This document shows, in pieces, positions 1 to 13,912 of a stretch of 64,000 nucleotides of DNA (its first letter is position 1; every line of letters begins with the position of its first letter). Origin of the DNA: Ptychomitrium polyphyllum (lineage: Eukaryota). The position numbers were made by a program, and so were the translations under genes. The notes beneath the pieces are model-generated. The model made no database searches, was not told where the DNA came from, and saw nothing but the letters and a program-made list of their open reading frames with translations. The stretch lies in NCBI GenBank assembly GCA_973851085.1, contig OZ316775.1, positions 17,608,001 to 17,672,000 of the forward strand, read 5' to 3'.

Positions 1-3000
1 CACTAACATTCTAGCTTAGATTTCATTGGTATAATTCCATAATCTAAGTCCATTGATAAGAGTCACTATTCATTTTGAAATTATTTAGCCCTCTTTCTAA
101 AAAGTCAGCTTCAATATAGGATTTCTTAATTTCCCTCAATCTTCATCAAATAATTGATCTTTTGAACTAGCAATGATTTTTAAGGGTTTTTCTAGGAATT
201 AAATACAATAGAAGCAACCTAAGATTCTTTGAACCTCCCTAGAATCTATATTTTTTAATTTTCTAATAGACTTTATTTAATTATAACAAAAAAATTAGTA
301 TTTCAATGTTTTAAAGATCCAATTATAATGAATTTTGATAAAGTCCACCATTTCTATTCAATGGATAAATTTTTCGTATTTAATTTATTTTTTAATTTAG
401 TTCCCCTTAATTTTCTTCCATTTTTCAAGATAATGTAAATTGCACTAGAAATTCACTTAAATTCATGAAGAATTTCAAAAAGCCTAATTTTTTTTTTGAA
501 GACTAATTGCTATATCTGGATATCAAATTAAATTTTATTTTTTTCATCAAAGCTATAGTTTGTGAGTTATCAAAATCTTTAAGTTAAACTATGTTTTAGG
601 AATTACTTTTAAAATTCATAGAAGGCAATTCCTAATTCTATAAATTAGTTTTTCATTATAAAAATTAGTGCTATAATTTGAGTGGAAAAATTTTAATCAA
701 ATTCTATAGTAAACTACTAATCAAAGTTAAACTACATTATACACTTAGTAATTTGAACTGCGTCATTGAAATGCAAAAGAAGATCAAAAAATTATGAGAA
801 ATTCACCTTTAAGCAATGTTAGTATTTTGGGCATGTAAATGACTTCGTTTTTTTATACTAAACCAATTTTTGATGTTCTTTTAAACTTTAAAGCCAAAAC
901 ACCATATTAAGCTAATTTGGAAGTTTTTTTCATCCGTCCACAATTTTGAATTGGCCCTTTTTTTTTTTGATTTGGCCATTGTCTCTCTTCTTGGTGACGC
1001 TCCTCACTTGCTTCTCTTATAGTGACTCTTTCTCCTTCTTACCGTTGGCTTTTTTTATTTTTTATTTTTTATTTTTTATTTTTTTAAATTTTAAATTTTA
1101 TTTTATGCTTTATTTCTTTAATAGGGGTAGTGTAAAAATTTGAAGAAGCATTGATCTAGAGCTTGGAGCACGGATTGGAGCTTAGAAGTGTAAAGCTGAA
1201 GACAAGACAAAAGGTGTCCAAATGATAGAAAACCACCATTACAAACCTATGATGGCGGCAAACCCAAATCAGGCCTTTGTAATTGCTTCAAATCTTAATT
1301 TGACATTTTATTTTTATAGATTGCAATCTTAATTTTTGATGGATATATAGCATGCTCAAATCCATGCTTTGATGAATTAATTATAATTATTTAAAATTGA
1401 AGTACAACTTTGAAAATAATTTAAAAATATTTGGCATTGTTTCCTTTGATGGATGGTTTATAGACATGGAGAAGAGCTAAATGGATGAACTTAAATGGTG
1501 GATGAAAATATAATTATAGATGAATTTAGAACTGGATTGGCAATAAGTTAATTCAAACATTCAAATTTGAATGAAATGTGATAATAATGTAGTTGAGAAA
1601 ATAATAAAACTCAAATACTGCCTAATCAAATTAATTAATTTTATGTTATTTAATTAATTTTGTGTGGATTTTATAAGCTACCAATTAAAATGGATTATTT
1701 TATCCTACATTTTTTATAGTAAACTTGTTGCAATAAACTTGTCAACCTCCTAGCCTTTTCTTGGGAATGCAGAGGTAAAAGTAAATTCTTTATTCAAATG
1801 CTACATTGTATATGGCTTGCTTTACATTGCTTGTTGTTAGAGTCTTGGTTCTAAAAATTAAAAAGGCAAACAAATTGGAGAGATGGTAGACCTCTAATTC
1901 ATTGTCATTTCTTATGAATTAATATTCTGAATCAAATTAAAAAAAATAAAACAATAATTAGAACTTAAGAAATTTAATAAATTTTTTTGATGTGAATCCA
2001 CTATGATAGAAGTGAAATAATTACCACAAATCTAAAACATAGGTACAACTTAAAACTATGATACTTACATAGTCTTATATTCTACTACAAATATACGTAG
2101 GCCAAAAAATAATTTTTGATTCCGGCCATTTGCAATTAAAGATATTTTTTCAATCTTTAATATAATAAAATTATACAAAAAATACAAAAGATTCTACATG
2201 TTGTTCACTATTCAGTGAAATTACTCACCATTTATATACATAGTGACATTTTTTGTTAAAAATCCTATTAGCTTTATATTAAAGATAATAAAAATTTTAT
2301 TGGTTTCTCTATCAATATTTATTAATTATTTCTTCATCATTTTCTTCTTGTCTTAATGAATGATTGGCACTTGAATTTAGTTCCTCAATAGTCATTGTTT
2401 TTTTTTTTTAATAAAACTCTTTTTTAGTTTGCCTTCAATAGATTTTTTTATTGTAGATATGTTATAAGACCTTTTGATTTTAGAAATTTCCAATCTTCCT
2501 TCTTCCATTCTAGCTTGAAATATTATTTTGTTGTTGTTTCTAATAGATGCCTTTTAATACACTTTTAATTACTTCTACAAATAATATAATAATATCCATC
2601 TTTAATGTAGATTACACCAATATCAAGCAAGTGATTTTGACTATTTTATAAGTATTGGCTTCAAGAAACTCAATGAATGGTTTAAATCAAAATTCAACTT
2701 GTTTCTTTGTAAGATCCATTTTATTAAATAAGTAATTTGATTTCATATTTTGAATTTGAATTTTATTATTCACTTATCATTTGGACAATTATTATACTCT
2801 TATATCTCATGATTTATTTAATTCTTTATAAACATTGCACTTCATAGTATTGTTCTTTATTTATGATGACAAGATTTGAAAATTCAATTTTGATTCCAAA
2901 AAAGCAAGGTGCTCTTAGACTTTGATTCCTTAGATAACAATGTTTTTTATAACTATATTATGAGAGATACCTAGATCATGAGTGAAAACATTAGATAAAA

Positions 3001-3407
3001 AAAAGTATGGAAATAAATTCTTGTGCTTCTTCAAATGCTCATTAAAGCATTTATAAAGCCCAACAATGTTATATTTGGCTCTAATACTTTTCCATTTTTG
3101 TTGCCTTGTTATCTATTTATTATAATAATTTTGATTTATTTCATTATATTGATAAAACAAATGCCTTGTTTAATATGATGTTGGTGCATCCATATGTGCA
3201 TGCAAGACATCCAACTGCTATATTGTGGCTTTTAAGAATGATAAAATAACCTTCATTGACTTCGTACATCTGTTGATGGCCATTATTGCATTTGTAACTA
3301 TCACATTATCTTTAATGAACATGGATGAAGAAGAAGGAAGATTGAAATTCATCATTATTTAAATGTAGGAAATGAAATTTAATAAATAAATTGTATCATA
3401 AACCACT

Positions 3408-3800
3408 TCTTACGGACATATATATTAGAAGCTTTTAAAAAGGTTCTTAAAAGGTTTAGGAAGTTTCCAAGGAAGTAACTTTTGGTTTAGGAAGCTTCCA
3501 AAGAAGTTACCTTCGGCTTAAAGAACTTCTAAGGAAGCAACTTAAGGTTGCTAGACTACAAAGCAATGTAGGAGAAGCTTCCCAAGAAGCTTCCAAGGCT
3601 TATAGTTTTGGTATACATAGGAGTCAAGGCTAAAGGGATCTTCAATCTTGACAACGCATCTATTGTGGTCTAGTTTAGACTTTTTGGCTTTATCTTTTGT
3701 ACCTTGTTGTAGCTTTTTACCTCTAATATACCTTGGACATATCTTAATCTATATCCTGGAATCCTAGAGCCTTGTCTTGTGGGTTACTTTATCCGTAACA
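3408..3800 (+). repeat. 5' LTR of A1
   Basis: Starts tcttacggac (eroded TGT) and ends ccgtaaca. Contains ~30-bp ggaagcttcc subrepeats and a TATA-like tatacata at 3612-3619. Confidence 0.85.
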
Positions 3801-3916
3801 ATTTGTCAATTGTTGTCATACAACAATATTAAAGCTTGGTTTTTCTTCTAAAGAGCGGATCACCTCTCTTTCTCAAAAGCACTATAGCATTCTAGAGATT
3901 GCGGATTGTATATAGA

Positions 3917-4769
3917 ATGGTCAAAGAATAGAAGCACCGCAATTGCTATCCCAAGTAAATTTAGGTGCTTCATTGTCTAGACTTGATTTGGTAAATGACT
4001 GAAAAGTTCAAGCTAGGAATTCATTGTCAACAACCAAAGAACCAAGAATCAGCCTTCAAAAGAAGTTTGATGGTAGGCATTTAAAATTCCAAGGCTTTGT
4101 AAATCAAGTTCAACTTGTTACCTTGCTTCAACCTTGACAATATCCTACTAACGCTTTGCGCGTTGGATTGTTAGGAACGTTGCTTTTAGGACAAGCATTG
4201 TCTTTATTTGCACATCTTTTTGAGAAGAATTCATCCATACTTAACAACTTTGATGCAATTCTAGCCGCGTTTGCAGAAGCATTTGGTAACCATAATAAGT
4301 TGTCTACAACTACTAAGATCTGTACCTTGCACCAAAGGCCACGTTCTATATCAATTTATGCATTAGAATATTGAAACTTGCAAGCAACTTCAATAAGAGA
4401 AAAGAAACAATGATGAATCAATTTCGTTGAAGCATATGCAATGAAGTTAAAGATTTCTTGTTATCCATGCTAGACTTCCAAACACTTGATGAGGCCATTA
4501 GCCAAGCTTTGAAGTGCAATAATTGCTTATTTTAACATTGACAAGATAAAAAAACTTTGATAACGCCTCAGCTTGATACCAACTTTTTAATGGTTGCAAT
4601 TTTGTCTACCTCTAATATGTATTTGAGAGCGGCAGCTATGTAGATTGATGCAGTTTGCTTTTAGCTTCTAATTGAACATGTAAAAAAGCGACAAAAGGAA
4701 CGAGAGTGTGTTTGTACTATGGAAAATCTGGCCACAAGGTTGATAACTGCCCAGAAAAACCTCTACGTA
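3917..4769 (+). pseudogene. Decayed gag of A1
   Basis: EPRISL..KFDG motif and ORF 4156-4374 are similar to family-B gag. A zinc-knuckle remnant (CLY.GKSGHKVDNC) lies at ~4708-4750. Many stops. Confidence 0.8.
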
Positions 4770-5031
4770 CATTATTGTGTGGAAAAGTTGCACAATATGT
4801 AAAAATTATATGAATTATTATGAAGATTTAGTTTGCAATAAAGAAGTAGAAAATGAGATAAGAAACTAAAAAAAAAAGATAGAAAGAAATAAAGTTGTAA
4901 AAGAAAAAGTTGTAGTAATAAATATGAATCTTATAGATCACTGCATTTCATCATATGCTTAGGAATGGTTGATAGCATTAGCTAGTAATTTTTTGTCTAA
5001 TTTTATTAGCAATGCTAAGCTATATGATCAG

Positions 5032-6195
5032 TGTTGTGCACCTCTCTTTCAAGAGTGCCCCCAATATTAAGGGCACAAGGGGGACCTTGGAGTGACATCC
5101 GAGACTTGTAACGCTGATAGTGAGGTGAACCAAGTGGGCTTAGCGTGGAAAGGATCTTGAGAAGAAGAGATATCCTTGTCCATGTAGACTAAGGGCCACG
5201 AGGGAGGAGTTCTAGGTATTGGAAGATTTACAATAAGTTGATTATAGAATGCTAAAGATTGCTCAAATTGGACAAGGGAGTTAAAAGATATGGCATCCAA
5301 AAGTTGAGGTTGCCAAGGGCTGTTTTGAATTGTAGCAGCCCTAGACTATGACTGTGCTGGATTAGCACAATGCAGGGAGGGATTCCTCGAGGGTCTCGAA
5401 CCTTGATAGAGGTATATCTCATAGAATACTAAGTTAAATTGGACGTTTAACGAATCTATTAGCATTTGCGCAAAGAACAGATGACGATAGAGGGGTTACT
5501 TGATAGATTTGGAGGCCATATGTAGAAGATATGGCTCCTTAAAGGTTTGCAGGAAGTCTCGGAGGCTTCCAACGGCTAAGTTCCAAGGGAAATTGAGTGG
5601 TCTTCTAAAGTTTTTGGTGTGTCGGGGTTCACCCAGCTACAAAGAGTCAAGGGACTTGCCGAATCCCACAAAGAGTACTATAGGGGAAGGTTGGTCTTCC
5701 TTTTTACTCCCCTAGTGTCGCGGTAAGCACCAAAGATGAGTCCTGATTGGTGGAGCTAGTGTTGGGGCTTCACCACGGGGACTCGCACACCATTGTGAGT
5801 TGGTGGGTGACCGGTTTCATGAAAGGAACTAGTGAGATAAAAAGGGTACGCTAGTTATCACTAAGTTGGGGTGGTGTCTTCACATCGGCACTATGGTGAC
5901 TTGGGGTGATTTTAGGATCACATAGGAATCATGTGTGGTGGTGAAAAGACACCACCAAGTGCGGTTAGGCCGCGTGGAATGGGAATAATACCAAGTAAGG
6001 ACTTAGATATAAATGGAAGTCCGCACGTAATCATTGGCTATCAATCAATTAGGTGACCTAAAAGAAATGGTAGAGAAAATTAAAAACCAAGCCTGAGATT
6101 TGGAGAGTGAAGATGAGAGTTAATCATGTGCATGTAGAATTGTACATGGTTGATGCAGGTGACGTTTGTCAAGGTGCATTACAATGGTTGCGATA
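5032..6195 (+). repeat. 5' LTR of family C
   Basis: tgttgtgcacctct...ggttgcgata; collinear with 11647-12811 and 12829-13912. Confidence 0.9.
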
Positions 6196-6197
6196 TT

Positions 6198-6209
6198 TGG
6201 TATCAGAGC
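6198..6209 (+). promoter_or_regulatory. Primer binding site, tRNA-iMet 3' end
   Basis: TGGTATCAGAGC, 2 nt after the LTR end. Confidence 0.9.
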
Positions 6210-6269
6210 TGGCTTTGGGTAATTAAGTGCTACGTTGCCAAGAGACAATAGATAAGGTGAAGGCCGGTG

Positions 6270-9200
6270 ATGGCGGAGAGCCCGGGGCCTCTAAATGACT
6301 ACGTACAAGGGTGGACAAAGACCATGATCTGATTAAAAAGACTCCATCCTTTTATTTCAATGAGCAAAGGAATGACATTGGAGTCACCGAGGAAGTTGAG
6401 GAAACTCAATAAGATGAAGCGTTGGAAGGTAGGGAGTACTCAAGAGCTAAGATTCTTGAGCCACCTGAGGGCCTAAAAAGTCAAGACCCTGACTTAAGTT
6501 TTTGCATGAAAATGCTTGAATACATGGACGGTGTGAACTGAGAATTCAAATGTGGCAAAGAAGAAAGGGCCTATCAAGAGAGGTTGATTGAACACTTAAT
6601 GGCACAAGGTTCCAAGTCCTCATCTTCAACCAAGAAGTTGGCCAAGGTGAACATGCCAAGCACTTTTTCTGGGCTGAATAAAGCAAGGAAGGTGAAGGAG
6701 TTTTTCTTGGAAATGGACAACTACTATAATGTTCAAAAGCCGGAAGAAGTGAACAAGGTTTGAATTGCGGTGACTTTTCTAAAAAACCATGCTTTTCAAT
6801 GGTGGACAAGTAAAAAAGAATAAGAGCTAGAATTAGTGGCAGCTTTGTCATGGGTCGGTTTTAAAGAGATTTTGAGTGAACGCTTCACTCTGGAATACCA
6901 AGAGTTGAGGGAAGGCATCAACTTGGTGCAAATGGGGCACACCGCGTCTCTCAAGATGTATATACGAGATTTCAATGTCCAAATAAATGCCACATTCAAA
7001 ATGGAGAAGTTTTCAAAGAAATGCATCTCTTAGGGTGGGCTTTAAAAATAGGTGGTGAACGCCTTGTTCAAGTTCCCAAAGCTTCCGGAGGACGTGACGA
7101 GAATTTTTAAGATTGCGGAAAGAACTGAAGCTGATAGACCCGAAAGAAAACCAAGTGGTCCGTTTCAACAAAGTGGATTGAGCCAAAATATATCCCGCAA
7201 CAGAGAACGCAAGAAATTTAGCTTTGGAAACAAACACAAGGGACATGTAGATGGAAGGGCCTACAACAAAGTGGACCATTATGAGATAAAACCATTCAAA
7301 TCGGGAGATAAGGGTGCTGAGGTGAAGCACAAGCGTTGCCACGGGTGTGGCAAGATTGGTCACTTCATTGCGGGGTGCCCTGATAAAAAAGTGAGTACCA
7401 AAACTTGTCACACTTGAATTGTGAATCACATTTTAGAAGGTGGATTTGTGGCAAAGGCTAGTAGCCTTAAGCCAAGGTTGAGTCTTTTATACCTTGAGGC
7501 CCAAATAAGTAGCAAAAATGTCTCATATTTGATTAACATAGGGGCAATATACTCCTTCATGAGTCTCAAGCTAACAAGGGAGTTGGAATTGTTGGTTCAA
7601 AAAGCTAGCAAGTCCATCAACGTGCAATTTACAAAAGGTAAACCGTACTCGACGAAGGAAGTGGTGTTGGATGTGGCCTTAAGTCTTGGGACATTGGAGT
7701 TGAAGGAATATTTTATACTATGTGAGATGGATGAGGTAGACCTCATTTTAGGTGATACCTTTTTCAAAACTCATGTGGTGGATGTGAAGTGAAAGCCAGC
7801 ACGGTTAATAGTGCGCCGTGGTCGAAAGTAGGCAATATTGAAGTTGACTAGGACTCCTATGGTTGTAGGAGGAAATTGAACTTAGTCTCCTTAGAGCAAT
7901 TAGAAAATAATCAATTTGTGATTGTGATGCGAATGGAGCAAAAAGAAGAGAATAGGCCAAGTGCCAAGGAGGTTAGGATTATTCCCAAGTGCATTCAAAA
8001 TGTACTAAGTGGTTACAAGGATGTGCTCACCAATGAACTGGCTATAGAGTCACCGCCAAGAAGAGAAGTGGATCACAAAATTGAAGTGATACCGGAAACG
8101 GAGCCCCCTTTAAAGGCTCCATACCGGTTGAAGCAAAAAGAGTTAGAGGAATTGAAGAAGCAATTAAATGACTTGTTGGAACAAGGCTATGTTAGGCCAA
8201 GTAAGTCGCCATATGGAGCACTGGTCCTCTTCGTAGACAAAAATAATGGCAAGCTCCGCAAGTGTGTTGACTATAGAGCCTTGAATAAAGCCACCATCAA
8301 GAACAACTATCCTTTGCCTTAGATTGATGACCTCTTTGATAGATTGGCGGGAGCTAAATACTATAGTTGGATAGACTTGAAGTCGGGCTACTATCAAATC
8401 CGCATTGCGGATGAAGATGTGCCAAAGACCGCATGCCGCACTAGGTATGGGTCCTATGAATTTTTGGTAATGCCATTCGGGTTGTGTAATGCTCCTTCAA
8501 CGTTCACGATCCTCATGAATACCATCTTTCGAGAAGAGATGGATGACTTTGTCATTGTTTATATTGATGACATCTTGGTGTACTCCAAGTCGGCGGAGGA
8601 ACATGCAAGGCACCTCGAAGTGGTGCTTCAAAAACTTAGGGACTACAAACTTTATGCCAACAGAGAAAAGAGTGAGTTTGTTCAACTTGAGATTGAGTTC
8701 TTGGGCCATATAGTGACGGATGATGGAATCAAGCCGGACATAAGGAAGATAAAGGCAATTAGAGAGTGGAAACAACCTTCTACACAAAAGGGGCTGAGAT
8801 CATTTCTTGGCCTAGCAAATTATTATAGGAGGTTCATACGCAACTTCTCCAAAATTGCTAGACTTTTGTCTGATTTATTGAAGAAAGGAACAAGCCAAAT
8901 ATGGGATGAATTTTGTCACCAAGCTTTTAAGGAACTCAAGGACAAATTGTTACAACCGCCAGTATTGAAGATTCCCGAGTTTGGAAAGCCCTTTGAGGTC
9001 CACACGAACGCAAGTAACTTTGCCATTGGCGGAGTGCTCATACAAGAAGGCATGCCAATTGCCTATGAGGACAAGAAGTTGAATGGGTGCCAAAAGAGGT
9101 CGCCCACGCATAAGAAAGAAGTCTTTGCCGTAGTGCATTGTTTGAAAACATGGCGGCACCACTAGGGCCTACATAAAACCAAAGTCTACACGGACAACGT

Positions 9201-10871
9201 GTCCTTGAAGTACTTTGAGTTACAAGCACAAATGAGTGCAAAACAATTGAGGTGGCATGACACCTTGGCACTCATGAATGTGGATTTGATCCACAAGCCG
9301 GAGCGTGACAATGTAGTGCAGAATGCTCTAAGTAGGCGGGAAGAATTGCAAGCGATGAGCACAACCAAGTCTTGCAAGTAATGTACAAGGGAAAAGGCAA
9401 TTTGGAAAGGAAGATAAAAGAGGCGTACATGAAGGACTCTAAAGCACAAAGGCTTTTGGGTGAGCTTAAGAAGGGTAAGAAACTTAAAGAAATTAAGTTG
9501 GAGAAGGGATTGCTCAAGTACAAACAAAGTCGGGTGTATGTGCCTCAAGGAAAATTACGGTTGTTGGTTCTGAAAGAAGAACATGATAGTTCCATAGCCG
9601 GGCATAGAGGGAAATACCACCATAGCGGCGGTGTCAAGAAGGTACTATTGGCCGGGTATGAAAGCGGAGATTACCGACTTTGTGAAAACTTGTGTGAAGT
9701 GCCAACTCAATAGAGCCTCTTACCAAAAGCAAGCTGGTCTACTACAACTTTTGCCAATCCTGCCGGGTCCATGGCATAGCGTGTCCATGGACTTCATCAC
9801 AAGTCTTCGAGAATTGTAAGGGCATGATGCCATCTTTGTGATGGTGGATTGCTTTAGCAAGTTGGCACACATGGTGCCATTTAGAGGAACCGTAACTACA
9901 CATGAGACCGCAAAGCTATTCTTTGATGCATGGTGGAAACATCATGGATTGCCAAGAGTGATTGTGTCGGACCAAGATCCAAAATTCACTAGTGTTTTTT
10001 GGAAAAAATTCTTTAGAAAAGTTGGAACTAAATTGACATTTAGCATTGCCTTCCATTCTCAAACGGATGGGCAAGCAAAATGAGTGAACGGTGTCTTGAA
10101 CCAATACTTGACAACCTTTGTGAGTGCCAACTAGTGCGATTGGATGGATTATGTGAGCCTTGCGGAGTTTAGTTACAATAAGGCCAACCATTTGGCGACA
10201 AAGCAGTTGCCATTTAAGGTGGCCTATGGAGTAGAGCCACTCTAGCCTGTGTACTTAGCTCTCAAAGGGGCACATTCAACACTAGAGTTTAACCAAGATG
10301 GTGAGGACTTGGCTAAAAAGCGGAAAAAAATGTTGGAGAAGACCAAGCTTTTGTTGGAAAAGGCACAAAAGAGATACAGGAAACAAATCAATGCCGGAAG
10401 ACGTGAAGTGGAGTATGAAGTAGGCCAAAAGGTGTTGTTGAATGTGAAGAACTTTAGCTTACTCAACGGCCTCATTCCAAAGTTCATGTCCAAGTTTGCG
10501 GGGCCGTATTTTATTGTGGAGTGGGTGTTTAAAGATGTGTACAAGTTGGAGCTACTACTCAAAATCAAAGTGCACCCAACATTTTATATCTCACTCCTTA
10601 AGCCATTCAAAAAGATATCTTGTGGCCCAATAGCAAGCAAGTGATTTGGCCACCGCCGGAATTGGTGGGCGACTACTTGGAATATGAAGTAGGAGGAATT
10701 TTTAAGTGTAGGCACCATAAGAAAATAGGAAAAGAGTATTTGGTGAAGTGGAGAGGGTACTATAAAAAGGAAGCAACTTGAGTAGCGGCAAAGGACTTGA
10801 AAAATGCTAATGAAGTGGTGGAATGCTTTGAAAGGAATAGGAACTGCAACAAAAGACAACGTCGGCATTGA
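6270..10871 (+). pseudogene. Family C gag-pol polyprotein, disrupted
   Basis: Zinc knuckle CHGCGKIGHFIAGC, protease (DLILG), RT ([13 protein letters not shown]), RNaseH, INT (GPY), chromodomain EYEV...YLVKWRGY at ~10680-10820. Stops and frameshifts; the start is approximate. Confidence 0.9.
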
Positions 10872-11646
10872 TGAGGACATCAATTTCTTTTAGTAGGGGG
10901 AAAGAGGCTTGTAGCAGTAACTTCTTCACATCATATATTGGTTCTTTGACTTATGGCAATAAAGTTCAACTTTTGTGTGTGCAAAGAGAAGAGTATTAGA
11001 TGATGTCCTAGTCTTGTGCTTGTGCTATGTTGGTAGAAGAGGGGGAATAGACATGTGAAACCAAGTTTGGAAGGCCGAATAATGGGGACCAAAGCTGGGA
11101 GGAGGAATGGTTAAAACCATGAAACCTTGTTGCTTAGAGCTTGTCCGGGCAAAGACAAGGTAATGGCGCGTGCTCATAAAAGCGCCACTCCTACAAACTA
11201 ACAAAAGTTAGTGCATGGGAGTCATGAACTTATGTCTCAAAAGAGATAGTGGGATCCAGGTTGGGCGGAACTTGGCAGTACCCCCGTGCGATCGAATTGT
11301 GGTGTAAAAGCCACCTTGAATTTGCACCCAAGACAACTTGGTAGAGCATTAAGGTCCACCATCATCTGGAAAGTAGAGTTAGGAAAGTGTAGCCTAACTA
11401 GGGAGTCTATCCCAAAAGGGTCTCAAAGAAGGTAAGTCTAAAATAGTTTAGGGCCCCAAAATTTTTGTCTAGAGTGCCTAAATAGAGTACATTTAAACAA
11501 CACCTTTGAAACTTTGCCAAAGATTTATGAATGCATTGTGGGGGCTCATCTTAAATGAAATACAATGCTGCACCACTAGAAGATGGCAACCTTGGAATTG
11601 GTGTGCCAACTAAAAATATAATCAATGAGGGCATCGACTCCATTTA

Positions 11647-12811
11647 TGTCGCGTACTTCTCTTTGAGGAGTGCCCGCAATTCTAAGGGCATAAGGGGGAT
11701 TCTGGAGTGATGTCTAGGACTTGTGGCGCCTATAGTGAAGTGGTCTGAGTAGAACTAGCATGGGAATGATCCCGAGGAGGAGAAATATCCTTGCCCATGT
11801 AGACCAAGGGCCACGAAGGATAAATTTTAGGCATTAAAATACTCACGACTAGTTGATTCTAGAATGCTAAAGATTGCTCAAATCGGACAAGGGAGCTAAA
11901 AGATATGGCATCCCAAAGTTGGAGCTGCCAAGGGGCGGTTCTGGACTGTGGCAGCCCTAGAGAGTGACTATACTGGAGTGGGACAGTACAGGGAGGAACT
12001 CCTCGGGAGTTTTGAACCTTGGGAGAGGCATATCACCTAGAATTACTAAATCAAATTGGACGTTTGAGGAGTCTATTGACTTCTACGCATGAATAAATGA
12101 CAATAGAGTGGTTGCTGGATAGATTCGGACACCAAATGTGGAAGATATGATTCCTTGAAGGTCCGTAGGAAGTCCCAGAGCCTTCTAGCAGCTAAGTTCC
12201 AAGAAAGATCGGGTGGTTTTCTAAAAGTTTTGTTGTGTTGGAGTTCAGCCAGTTACAAAGGGCCAAGGGGCCTGCCAAATCCCACAGAGAGTACTATAGG
12301 GGAGGATTGGTCTCCCTCCCCACTTCCCTAATGTCTCGGTAGGAACCAAGGGTGAATCCCGGTTGGTGAAGATAGTGTTGGAGGTTTACCATGGGAACTC
12401 CCACACCATTGTGAGCTGGTGGATGACCCGTTTCACAAAGGGAACTAGTGAGATAAAGAGGGCACGCTTGTTACCACTAAGTTGAGGTGGTGTCTTCACG
12501 CCGATACCATAATAGCCCGAAGTGATCTTAGGATCACATGGAGATCATGAATGGTGGTGAGGAAACACCACTAAGTGCGGTTAGGCCGTATGGAATGGGA
12601 GTAACATCAAATGAGGCCTTGAACATGAATGGAAGTCCGCACTTAACCATTGATTACCAATCAATTGGGTGTCCTAAAAGAAATGGTTGGGGGAATAAGA
12701 AACGAAGCTTGGGACTTGGAGAGTGAAAATGGGGGTTAATCATGTGCATGTGGAGGTGTACAGGGTTGACACGCATGACGTTTGTTAAGGTGCATTATAA
12801 GGTTTGCGACA
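11647..12811 (+). repeat. Solo LTR of family C
   Basis: TGTCGCG...GCGACA flanked by a perfect ATTTA TSD (11642-11646, 12812-12816). No PBS follows. Confidence 0.9.
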
Positions 12812-12828
12812 ATTTAAGTGGAGATGAG

Positions 12829-13912
12829 TGTCGCGCACCTCTCGTTTAGGAGTGCCCACAATATTAAAGGCACAAGTGCGAGCTCAGAATGATATTGAGG
12901 ACTTGTAGCACCAATAGTGAGGTGAATCGAGTGGACCTAACATGGGAAGGATCTTAAGGGGGAGAGTTATCCTTGTCCATGTAGACTAAAGGCCACAAGG
13001 AAGAAGTTCTAGACATTGGAAGATTCACAACAAGTTGATTCTAGAATGCTAAAAATTGCTCAAATTGGACAAGGGTGCTAAAAGATATGGCATCTTAAAG
13101 TTGGGGCTGCCAAGGGCTGTTTTGGATTGTGGCAACCCTAGATTTTGACTGTGCTAGATTGGTTTAATGTAGGAAAAAATTCCTCAGGGATCCCAAACCT
13201 TGAGAGAGGCATATCTCCCAGAATACTAAGTCAAATCGGATGTTTAAGGAGTTTATCGGCATCTATGCAAAGAGTGGTCACTTGATAGATTTGGAGTCCA
13301 TATGTGGAAGATATGGCTTTCTAAAGGTGTACAAAAAGTCTTAGAGGCTTCCAACGGCTAAGTCCCAAGAAAGATTGGGTGGCCTCCAAAAGTTTTTGAT
13401 GTCTCGGGGTTCAGCTAGCTATAAAGGGTCAGGAGGCCTGCCAAATCCCACAGAGAATACTATAGGAGAGGGTTGATCTCCCTTCCCACTCCGTTAATGT
13501 CTTGGTAGGAACCAAGGTTGAGTTCCGGTTGGTTGAGCTAGTGTTGGAGCTTGACCATGGGGACTTGCACACTATTGTGAATTGGTAGGTGACTGGTTTC
13601 ACAAAAGGAACTAGTGAGATCAAAAGGATGCATTTGTTATCACTAAATTGAGGTGGTGTCTTCATGCCAGCACTATAGTGACCTAGGGTGATCTTAGAAT
13701 CACATGAGAATCATGTGTGGTGGTGAGGAGACACCACTAAGTGTCTAATCTTTGGCAACCAATCAATTGGATGACTTAAGAGAAATGGTAGAGAGAATCA
13801 GAAATCAAGTCTGGGACTTGGAGAGTAAAAATAGGAGTCAACCATGTGCATGTGGAGGTATACAAGGTTGACGTGCGTGACGTTGTTAAAATACATTATA
13901 AGGGTTGCAATA
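12829..13912 (+). repeat. 3' LTR of family C
   Basis: tgtcgcgcacctct...ggttgcaata, directly after the PPT. Confidence 0.9.

Larger units (their letters stand above)
5032..13912 (+). mobile_element. Ty3/Gypsy chromovirus (family C), full length but decayed
   Basis: ~1.1-kb LTRs at 5032-6195 and 12829-13912, an iMet PBS, gag-PR-RT-RH-INT-chromodomain order, and PPT agtggagatgag at 12817-12828. Flanks ATCAG/GTCAT match only 3/5. Confidence 0.9.

Noticed and set aside
1..3400. AT-rich DNA as a possible decayed Helitron, DNA transposon or viral insert (likewise 35300-37300, 39150-40450, 43250-44750, 62560-63500)
   Set aside because: No termini or protein motifs were recognisable by eye. A repeat-library search is needed.
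10872..11640. Stop-poor antisense frame in the family C 3' spacer as a possible extra ORF
   Set aside because: It has several stops, no second copy to show conservation, and no similarity to ORF3. Strand composition could explain it.
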